From: Ruditapes philippinarum
Taxonomy: Eukaryota
Length of the DNA: 64,000 nucleotides
Direction of reading: 5' to 3'
Assembly (NCBI RefSeq): GCF_026571515.1
Contig: NW_026864078.1
Span: forward strand, 124,001 to 188,000
Position 1 is the stretch's first letter; each line of letters starts with the position of its first letter. Shown here one piece after another: positions 52,853 to 64,000 of the stretch. Made by a program: the position numbers and the translations under genes. The notes beneath the pieces were generated by a model that saw only the letters and a program-made list of their open reading frames with translations, ran no database searches and had not been told where the DNA came from.

Positions 52853-53731
52853 TTGTAATAAATGTTACAACTTGCATCAGAAATGATATATTTGTCATTA
52901 TTTACTGAAATAATGGTTATTTTAATGAAATATTAATAATAGTAACTTTAGCAATAAAGTAAGTCACATGTATGTGTTACTTAAAATTATATGATATTTC
53001 TGAAAATGAACTTATATTATTGGGTGAAATTGACTTTTGACTTCTATTGATAGTTTATTACAATTTGCAACTTTATTACAAAACGGGTTGTGCGGAAAAT
53101 TTCAAATTGTAATAAACTTTTCAACCCGTTTTGTAATAAATGTTTCAATTTGCATCAGAAATGATGTATTTGTCATTATTTACTGAAATAATGCTTATTT
53201 TAATGAAATATTTATTAAAGTTACTTTGAAATAAAGTAGGTCACATGTATGTGTTACTTAATATTATATGATATTTCTGAAGTTGAAATTTTATTAGTGG
53301 GTAAAATTGACTTTTGACTTCTATTGATAGTTCATTAAATTTGCAAATTTATTACATAACGGGTTGTGCGGAAAATTTTAAATTGTAAAAAACTTTTCAA
53401 CCCGTTTTGTAATAAATGTTACAATTTGCATCAGAAATGATATATTTGTCATTATTTACTGAAATAATGGATATTTTAATGAAATATTAATAATAATAAC
53501 TTTAGCAATAAAGTAGGTCACATGTATGTGATACTTAAAATTATATGATATTCCTGAAAATGAACTTATATTATTGGGTAAAATTGACTTTTGACTTCTA
53601 TTGATAGTTTATTACAATTTGCAACTTTATTACAAAACGGGTTGTGCGGAAAATTTCAAATTGTAATAAACTTTTCAACCGTTTTGTAATAATTATTACA
53701 ATTTGCAACTTTATTACAAAACGGGTTGTAA
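52853..53731. repeat. ~277-bp tandem repeat, 3 copies, ending in a probable DNA-transposon terminus (…ATTACAAAACGGGTTGTAACA)
   Basis: ttgtaataaatgttacaa.ttgcatcagaaatgat at ~52853, ~53131 and ~53407. Each unit has the internal IR ttattacaaaacgggttg/caacccgttttgtaataa. Confidence 0.85.
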
Positions 53732-56700
53732 CAAACCTCTCCTTGCTTTTCTTATCTTTAATTCTAATACCTAATATCTGTAAATCAAACAATTTCTGAA
53801 ATTGTTAAAAGTAAAATATCCACTATTTACCATAGCTTGATAACATTAAACATGTAATTTGGGTGAGAAATAATGTTAAAGACATGTCTATCATTTATCT
53901 AGAGAAGATCGTTATTTGAAACATCCCAAGGTGATAAACATGATAAATAACCTTATGTTCTCCCTTTGAATTATTTGTGTTTGTTTTAAGTTCGTTGACA
54001 TTCCAGTAAAATAACATTATCTTTGATAAATTGTATTGGTGTATTTTTTAAAAGTGCATATACTTTTAAAGTCTTTAAAAAATGAAATAAGGGGAAAATG
54101 AAAAGGGCCATTAAACAATGCATAATTATTTTTTAAAAAATTAAATGAATTTTTTGGGTTTTCAACTGTGAAAAATTCATGATTCCCATATTACATATAA
54201 TTTTTATATAGAATATTCCCTAAAAGGGAGACCCAAAAAGTTGTTCTAAAAAGAAAATTTCTTTTTTCCCCAAAACTTAAAAAGTTTTTGAATTATATTA
54301 ATAACTTAGCGTTTTAGCTTAAAATTAAACTGACATAAACACTACATAATTTACCTTAAAAAGGATAAAAAAAATACTAAAACAGTTTAGTATATATTAA
54401 GTAATGGTTGACAAAAAAAATTTTTTTGCTTGCTTTCTCCTCAGAAATATGAGACGTCTTTGAAATAAAATATACTAATCATTATAGTTGTAAACAAGCA
54501 CAATTTTCAAGAAAAAACAACAACAATATTTTGTGCCGACAATAAATGTATACCACAATGATTTACGCGCAAAATGTCACATATAAATAAATGCTTATGA
54601 GTTGTGTTGTTGTATAAACAAAGTCTGTTTTAATATAGGTGTACAATTGTTAGATCTTAAGGGTCACTCTCATAATTGTTATCCTTGGCATTTCTAGTAT
54701 TTGGCAAGGTGGTCAGTATTGCTTAATATAAAATTTAAGTGAATTTGTTAGAAATAGAAGGTATGTGAATGTTATGCCATAAAATATTATGCTAGTAATT
54801 AGTATTATACATTTCATCAAACCAAGATATAATTATATCTTAAAATATTAGGCAAGTCATGTCATCAAACCAAGAAATAATTTTATCTGAAAGTGGTTTT
54901 TAAATTTAATGTACATGATCAAGTATAACATCTCTAAATAAAGTAGAGTAGATAAATAATTTGTCTAAAGTAGATTGTCATTCTCATTATATGAAAGTTC
55001 ATACTAAACCACGTATAACTCTATCGACATTGTTTATTCGAGAAATATTGAATAAGAATATCCAAATGATACATTTTATCTTTTATATCAATATGTGTAA
55101 TATTTATGGAAAATGTGCAGATGATAGACACGTCCCCTCTTATTGGTGAAGCAACAATCACAGTTGAATTTAAGAAACATTAGGTGTTATAATTACCCTG
55201 ATACATATGTTTAAGCAAAATATAATTTCATCAACAGTAAACGAAAAAGATAAAATTTTGGTATCTCAAGAAGAGAATTATTGTAAATCAACATTTACTG
55301 GAGGTGACATTACATGAATATTCTGCGTGACTCTTGGACATGACTTTTATGTCATTTACTTTGCATGTTGAACGTTTAAAATATCTAAGTGCTTCATTAG
55401 AATTATACTAGGATTTTATTTTAACTTTTTAACTAATGAGCTTACTCAAATGACAGTTGTATCCTCATTTAATTTGGGTTGCATTCTATAATAAGAACAT
55501 TTATACATAATCTTTATTATCTGGAAATTATAAATAATTGAGAAATAAAATTGCTAGGTCTGAAAAATTCCAAAACTTATGGTCTGACTTTTCCTTTTGT
55601 TCAGCTTTATCTTGTCTCGTGTGTACCTTCTTTTGCTTTCAACAAGCAAAGGGTTACATATTCAATTGATAACATGGTTAAGACATAATACATTCTAAAA
55701 GACTATATTCTTAAGGGTATTTTAAAAATTTGCTAATGACATTTTGTAGCGTAACAATTTGCTTAATATTTTTGTTGTAAGGTTGCCGTTCTGTTTAATG
55801 GTGTTATTTTCATTTATCATGTATTATATATTATTAAATGTCAAATAAACATTATATTTATGGGTTACAGACTTATTCATTTCTAGTCTAATGAGGAAAT
55901 GTAGAGCATATATATCTTATATTATATTCTTGTAAATCTGATTAATTCAAACGATGTAAATATGATATACTATCTAGCTGATACCTGTTTTTCCTATTCG
56001 ATTATTACATTGTGTCAATTAAAATGAATTAAAATAAATAGTGTTATATTTTACACATTAAGCGCACCACAGTTATCTGCTTATCTAATAACATTTCTAC
56101 ATGTACTACTTACTATTCAATGCTTAAGTCTAGAACAATCAGTAGGTGAAATTGTAAAACAGCCAGTCCAGTTAAATTGATAAAAGTGTCAAAAGATGGA
56201 AAATGTATTTTTGTTCTGCCTCCAAAGTGATCATTAATTATTTCATTTGACAGTTACTATATTGTGAATGATCTTGTATTAAATTGTAAGACACAGACCA
56301 TACAATTTTAGACATATTATCTCCGGTATAAAATCAGACAGACACATCAGCTGAAAGGTTGACGTGAATAGGAATTGTGTGAATCCCAGTTAAATAACTA
56401 GATCTGACATTCCATCCGATTTTATCAGACCTAGTGTGCACTATATGATTATTTGCTGCATGGTGAAGTCAGATATATTTTACATCCAAAAAGGAAAACA
56501 TATAATATGGGTCTAAGTGATTTCGACTGAGTCTTATTTTGTAGAATTGTTGACATATTCAGAGCCATAAATTATATTGGTGCTATAAAAACATTTAATA
56601 TTTGTTAATGGATTTGAAAAATCAAGCAAGCACAGTGTAGCAATATTGATATGGTGCAAAGCTCATTAATGTTTCCTATTACTCGTTAAAAAACCATGCA

Positions 56701-58297
56701 CTTTTCTTTGTTAATCAAATAATGAGTAGTCCGAAAAAATGTGTTGTTGAACTAAACCAAACTAAATTGCCTTTGCTATAGAGGAATTCTCTGATTTAAT
56801 ATTTTTACTCATATCTGCAGTACAATATCAAAACAAATTGTTTGCTGCTCAACTTTAATCTAAGCAATTACGAAAATCGGCGCAAATTAGCAGTGTAGGA
56901 AGATTGATTGGTTGGATACATTCAAACTGTTTGAGGGATGATAGTGATGATAAGGATAGGTCTCACTTTTATCAAAATATAATTGCCTTTCATGGCGTTA
57001 TTTCAACTTAATTTGCTGCACCTACTTCTCAAGAAATTGATGAAGTATGCTTTAACTTAACAAACGTTTTGGAGGGATTTAGTGGTATAAAATTAGTTTC
57101 TACAAAGTACATTATAGGTTTCCTGTTATTGGCATATACATTTATAAAAACTTCTCATGCCTGTAAGTAGAATCTTTAGGAAAGCATAATACCCTAAACG
57201 TAATGGCTAATGCTAGTTTCATTATTACATATACGCATCACATAAAACGTTTGCACCAAGAAAAAGATTTCAGTATGCGATATACGTATAAAATAATCTA
57301 CTTTCGCTTAAGATTACACCTATTTTTGGATTCCAATAAAGTAACCCAGCCTTTGTTCTTTAATGCCTCATTCATTCGCCTGCCTTATAAATCACTGAAA
57401 ATGCCAACCAACAAGGAAATAACATACTTACAGACTTAACAGAATAAAACAATTAAAAGCCTTTTGCAAATGATACATTATGACGTGACAGTGAAAAGCT
57501 TGACTTTTGCAAATGTCAAGAAATAAGGCAAGGATTTTGACCAAATGACATTCTTAGTCTTTCTATTTTATTGTGCTCTTTCCCAGTTAAAGATAAGGTC
57601 AAAATACTGGTTTGAATGTTACCGTGTATAACGCTAGATATCTCCTTCCTATAGTTATTATTTGAGTTTCAAAAAAAATCTCAAAAGAACTATAATATTT
57701 TATCTTGTTGACGTCTAATATGAATGTGTGTTATATAACAAAGATATACTATCAAGAATGACCAAGGGAGTATATTAATCAATTTAAATTTATCGTTTAT
57801 GAATTATATATAAATATTTTACCTGGAAATTGTGTATACCTTTCAAAAGCGTTACAGTCTTAAGTATATATACGTGAACACAAATAATAACATATTGCAT
57901 GCAAGTCTCCAACCTAGTCTTAAAAATGTTTTCGATGTTTCTCTTCGGAGGAAGTAATGCCAACCTATTTTTTTAAAACTCCCTAGAAGATTCTAATTAT
58001 TTGACTGTTCCAAGGCGGTAACTATGTGTATACCTTAACATGCGTCCTACAAACTTTTGCCTGTATTGTATTGTGTTTTATATTGTGTCACGTTCTGTCA
58101 TACAATATTTGGTATTTTGTCATCAGTACAGTCCTTTGCCAGTTTTTACCCCCGCCAACCTCTTGTTCTTACATCCCAACCTTGTCTTCTTTAGCCCTTG
58201 TATCAGCCCTTTATAAATATAATGAGTTGAAACAAAAATTACTGACGCTAATTTAGACAGAGTAGCAGAGAAGCTTCTGACAATAAATATTTTTAAA

Positions 58298-61200
58298 TTA
58301 TTAGATTTGCTTTGGCACCTTTAGTTTACAAAGAGAACACTTGCAATGGAATTTTCATTTTATTAAAACCAATGTCATACATTATTACAAATAATTTAAT
58401 TTTTATAATAAAACCATTTTGAATTTCAAACATATTGAAAATCGGTATCGGACAAGCTTGGTATTGATACAGTGAGTCAATAAAGTACGATTACCATGTT
58501 GTTCATATTGTTTATATTTTCTGTTTGTTCCAATTCAAAAAGTATCAGACGAGTGTATGTTCATACATGGTAACTTATTTCATATAATAGGTATCACATG
58601 ATAAGAGAATAAGGTAATATGGTTATGCATATTTTTAGGTTTGCTTATTTTACTGTTTTGGTAAGCCCAATCGTATTGAACAGACATTCCGTTTTGTGTT
58701 AAAATATACATGATTATAAAAAAAACAAAGTATTTGAAGTACATGCTTTTGAATTACCTACTGTAAAATTGTATTTAATTGTTGGTGCCCAGCTAAGATG
58801 GTTCTGCTTTGCTCCATTCTTCTAAATTTGCTTGTTATGGTCGTTTCCCTGTTGGGTTCCTTACCGGTGGTCTTGTATATTTTGTCCAGGCCTGCGTTCA
58901 ATGAACGTCGCCTTGACTAATTGTGTTTTATATTTCTATATTTTGTATATTTAACCAAAGCAAAATCTGAAATTGGTGTAAGTAAAGTATTTGACTAATA
59001 CCCATTGATTGATACCAGTTAAATTGAATAATTATGTACAATAATGTCACAGATATGGGTATCATTTATCTAAAGAAGATTGATTGTCTAAAACAACAAG
59101 TGTATCCTTGATAAATAGCTTGATATCCCCCGTTTACATTAGTTGTGTGTTTTAAATAAGATTTATCGACGTTGATAAAGTTCGTTGACTTGCCTATGAG
59201 ATCAAATTATTATACATAATCTTACCTAAGTAAATCCATCATTGAGAAAAAATTGGCAAAACACAGTTGATTCACGCCAATTAAGTTATTTGCATAATTT
59301 TCATTTTTGGGTCATTATCTTATTAACGACTCAAATTATGTCAATCCACGATCTTATATTATTTTGAAATGGCAGAATGCGCCTGAATGCCTATGAATAA
59401 ATGCATGATCAAATATCCTGTAAGATTTAATAAAAAAAATGTCAACATCAAAATAAGATGTCTTTTTGCACAATACACAAACACAGGTAAAATGCTGTAC
59501 TTCTATTATTTATCTGACCTTTTTAAAGAATAATGTTCTTGAAATATCAATATATCTAGACGACAAAGATATGTTTGTTTAACTGCTGTAATATTGTATG
59601 ACATTTTTTGAAAAAAATGGTGTTCCCTGGAAAGCGTTAATCACAACAAAATAACAAGGAAATTGGGAACTCGGTATGATACATGAGGGATAATGAAAAA
59701 AATGCAACAAGCCTCACGCTCCTTAGCACCGGTTTGATCGATACTCACTGTTCAACAATTTAGTGCAGTAATCAATAATCTCATGAAAATATAACAGCAC
59801 CGAAGTGAAGTATAAGGCAACTTTTAACATCTGCCTCATGGGACTTAAACACCTCCTGTTGTGAAGCATAATTATCTGGAAAAGGGGGTTCCCTTGGAAG
59901 CATTATCCAAAACAAACTAACGTGGAAATTGCAGACTCAGTTTGACAGTAAAGAAAGACTGGTGTAAAAACCATATTTTTGCACAGCTATATGGTGTAAT
60001 TCCTAAGGTCATTGACATTTAACTAAGTTAACTTTCATTTCATTTGAGTGTTGGTAAATTGTACTAAGAAACGAAATATACTGTATCTTATAAATGCGCT
60101 ATCAAGTGGTGTTAATGTATAATGCTTTATTATAAGTCGTTTTGTTGTTTTGTTTATAGATAACTTTGTTATAAACTGCTTGTCTTTTTAATATCTGTCT
60201 TGTCCGTAGAAAGTAAAAGATTGCACCCGAAGCTTCACTCGTAAATCTGGCAGCATGCAAAATGACATTTTCTGTGGTGTTCCGCCAATAAAAAGTAATG
60301 ACTTACTGCTTATTAATGAAATAAATATCTAATACATGAAATATCACACAACAAATATCGTTCCGATAAGTATTTTACAATAAAGACAGTTTCACCAAAA
60401 ATAAATATCCTTGGATTGGATAGAAAACAAATAAGGCGTTGACCTTATTCTCTAGCAAAAAAAAAACAACAACGAAACAAAAAAAAAACAGAAAAACAAA
60501 CAAAAAATACTAAGAAAAAACATAATATATAATTTTCTCGAGCAAAAAATGTCTAATAAAGGTAATGTGATAAATATTACATTAAACAAAAATATGATTT
60601 TTTTTACATTTCTTGTGACATTAACAAAGTCTGTTACATAAGCAAACATAAAGGTGATATAGAAAATGTTGCTATTTTTGTAGAATAAAGCGACTTATAT
60701 TTCTAATATAAGAAAGTGCTGCCATTAACCTTTATATATAATAAAACTATACTGATCTTTGTAGAATAAAGCGAATGTCACATTAATTGTTTTGCCTAAA
60801 ATAAAAAAGTGCTGCCATTAACCTTTACAAATAATCAAACTGCAGCGATTTAAAAACAAATTGATACAATAGAGGAATCGCTTAAAACCAAATGTATCTT
60901 TCCGAACATACATTCTATTATCTTCTATCAACCGTTTCCTTTCTTTCCAATCAGCAAGGCAAAGTTTCATGAGTGGTAGAGAGACATCTGACAATGAATA
61001 TATTATTAGACTTGCTTTGGCACCTTAAGTTTACAAGGGGGACGCTTGTTATGAAATGTTAACTTTTTTTTTAAATCAATGTCACACATTACCAATGATA
61101 TTATTTATTAGAACAGAATATATTTTGAATTCATACATATCGTAAATCGGTATCGACTAATCCTAGTTTTTTTGGAAGTTTATTAGATACAGTGAGTCAA

Positions 61201-63715
61201 TGAAGTAGGATAATTATGTTGTTCATATTGTTTATATTTTCTGTTTGTTCCAATTTAAAAGGTATTAGTGTATGTTTAAACATGGTAACTTATTTTATAT
61301 AATAGGTATCACATGATGAGAGAATAAGGTAATATTTTTATGCAGGTTTTGAGGTTTCCTGGTGATGACTCTGATTTTTTAACTTTTTTTTGTAAACTTG
61401 CCTTTTTGTCCGGATTTCTTATGGGTTCCTTAATGATGGTCTTGTTTGTTTTATCTGGGCTTGCGTTCAGTGAACATCGCATTGGCTTATTGTTTTCTAT
61501 ATTTTCATATTTTGTAAATGAAACCAAATCAAAATCTGAAATGGGTCAAACAGATCAATTTCATAATTTATCATTGCTTGATAACAGTCATATTAAATAA
61601 TTATGTAAAAGGGGTGAAAATAATATCACAGATATGCCTATCATCTATGTACAGAAAATTTAAATCTAAAATATCAAGTGAATACTTGATAAATAGCTTT
61701 ATATCCTCCATTTACATTTTTTCTGTTTGAAATAAGATTTATCGACGTTGATACAGTTCCTTGACTTGTCTGTTAGATCCTATTATTTGAACATAGTCTT
61801 ACTTAGTTAATCCATCAATGAGAAAAATATTGGCAAAACACAGCTGAGATCCTCTTATCAACGCCAATTTAGTTATTTGCATACTTTTCTTTTTTTTTGG
61901 TCATTGTCTAATTAACAACTCAAATTATAATCAAACCACGATCTTTTATTATATTGAAATTGCAGAATATGTCAGAATGCCTATTAATAAATCCTGTAAG
62001 ATTTAATTAAAAAATGTCAACATCAATAGAAGATTAATTTTGCACAATGTACATACATGGTAGAATATCAACATGTAGTAAAACAATCATACCATACCAG
62101 TACATTAACCATATGCACACAGATACCAAAAATACTACCAAGTGTCAAATGCAAGCTTTCCATATCAGGATTTACTTATATTTTACAGCCTTACATGATC
62201 ATCTCTTACATACGTTTAGAAAAATGTAATCTGACTGGAAACTCTGGTAGAATGCTATACTTCTATCTCTAACCTTTTAAAAGAATAATGCTCTTGAAAT
62301 ATCAATATATCTACGCGGCAAAAATTTGTTTGTTTAACTATATGACATTTTTAAAACAAAACTCTGTAAAAACTCTGTAAAATGGCGTTCAATCGGAAGC
62401 ATTACTCACAACAAAATAACAAAGAAAATGAGAACACGGTTTGATTAAGACAATACATGAAGGATAATGAAAAAGTGCAACAACCCTCACGCTCCATATA
62501 GCACTTGCTCGGTAGATACTCAATGTTCAACACTTAAGTGCAGGAATCAAAGATCCCGAAAGACCAGGAAAAAAACAGCACCGAATTGAAGTATCAGGCA
62601 ACCTTAAACATCTGCCTAATAGCGTTTAAACACCTGCTGTTGTGAAGTATAATTATCTGGAAAAGGGTTATTCTTTCATCCGTCGAAAGGATTATTCAAA
62701 CCAAAAGAATATGAAAATTGCAGACTCAGTTTGACAGTAAAGAAGAACTGGTGTATAACCCATATATTAACACAGCTATATGGTGTAATTCCAATGACAT
62801 TTAACTAAGGAAACTTTCATTCCATTTTGTTTTTGGACAAAATGTACTTAGAAATGGAATTTACTGTGATTTACTGTCTTATTAATGTGCAATCACGAAG
62901 AGTTAATGTATAATGTCTTTTATAGGGCATCATGTTTTGTTTATAGTTTACTTTGACATAAATGTCTTTCGTTGTTATATATATCGTGTCCGTAGAATAT
63001 TACAGAGTGCACATGAAGCCCTCCTTCACCAGTAAATGACAATTCCTGTTGACGTCTGACAGCAGAAAAGTAATTACCAATACAAAAAATATCACGTAGC
63101 AAAAATCATTCTTATAAGCATTTTCATACAGTAAAGATATTTTTATCAACTATAAGATGTCTTTGGATTAATAACTAATAAGACAATGAACGTTTTCGCT
63201 ATCGTTTAAAAAAACATCAACAACAAAATATAATGTATCAAATTTTCTCGAGCAAACAAAAAAAGGTCTAATAAACGCTTATTACGCTTGTGTTACATTA
63301 CATTTATTAACAAAAACAACGATTTTTTTTTACTTTAATTTTATTATCTTTTTTTACATTTCTTGTTACATTAACTAACTCTATAACATCAGCAAACGTG
63401 AATATATTATAGAAAATGTCGTTATCTTTGTAAAAATAAGCGATTTATTTTCCTTATATAAGAAAGTGCTGCCATTAAACTTTATATATAATAAAACTAT
63501 ACTAAAGCGATCGTCACAATAATTATTTTTTCTTTCCTAAAATAAAAAAGGTTCTGCCATTAACCTTTACAAATAATCAAACTGTAGCGATTTAAAAAAT
63601 TAAAAATCTTAAACAAATTGATAGAAAAAGAGGAATTGCTTAAAACCAAATGTATTTTTCCATACATACTTTCTATTAGTTTCCGTCAATCTTTTCCTTT
63701 CTTTCTAAGGCAAAA
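58298..63715 (+). repeat. Tandem segmental duplication of a ~2.7-kb unit (58298-~61003 and 61004-~63715), clearly diverged
   Basis: Collinear shared blocks: ttattaga.ttgctttggcacctt, gatacagtgagtcaat, aataggtatcacatgat.agagaataaggtaatat, aaattgcagactcagtttgacagtaaagaa, aattttctcgagcaaa, aaagtgctgccattaa, gcttaaaaccaaatgtat. Confidence 0.92.
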
Positions 63716-64000
63716 TATTCAAAACACGATTCAATGCTTCTTTTACTTTTCAAAGATATTTTAACCAAAAATCATGTCACAATTGTGTACATTAATTTTT
63801 AGAAACATTATAATTGAAACATTCGCCAAAAACAGTTTGGCAAACTTTATAGTCGTCACTCATACTGTGAACGATACACTTAGAGTGACGTGTGCTTTAT
63901 TGCAAGGATATTTTAATGTTATCATACTTTCAACCTTGAGAAATAGACAGAAGATTGGGACTTATATCAATTTGGTGTGAAATAAAATCTTACTAAGTCA

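Noticed and set aside
54050-54430. Homopolymer-rich stretch of odd composition
   Set aside because: Looks like low-quality long-read consensus or plain low complexity; no structure found.
57998-58230. gactgttccaaggcggta motif reminiscent of a retroelement end, and a possible hammerhead core on the minus strand
   Set aside because: Too degenerate; CTGATGA is present but there is no correctly placed GAAA or stems.

Overview
AT-rich eukaryotic (metazoan) DNA. The SINE and DNA-repeat families look bivalve/mollusc-like, but that is my inference. I recognise no host protein-coding gene; most of the window is intergenic or intronic. Two nested transposon complexes dominate it. (1) 7738-18378: a TA-flanked MITE of about 0.75 kb holds a TTAA-flanked piggyBac-like element, which holds a 5'-truncated L2/CR1-group LINE, which holds a second TTAA MITE. 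The same outer MITE also holds a full-length 6.7-kb L1/Tx1-type LINE with intact ORF1, broken ORF2, an A31 tail and a 14-bp TSD. (2) 39365-46379: a cut-and-paste DNA transposon with 26-bp CAC-initiated TIRs, an AA flank and an open 617-aa transposase-like ORF carrying a Cys cluster and a Tudor-like C-terminus. It also has a predicted 5'-UTR intron and 12 oriented copies of a 14-bp motif. One motif copy is the insertion site of a three-armed TACGG...CCGTA foldback element (6-bp TSD) built from phased 21-bp palindromic arrays. This second complex is the best candidate for something undescribed. Elsewhere there are tRNA-derived SINEs, a GC-rich hairpin element, a locally amplified degenerate repeat family, mini- and microsatellites, a 2.7-kb tandem duplication and a few weak exon-like segments.
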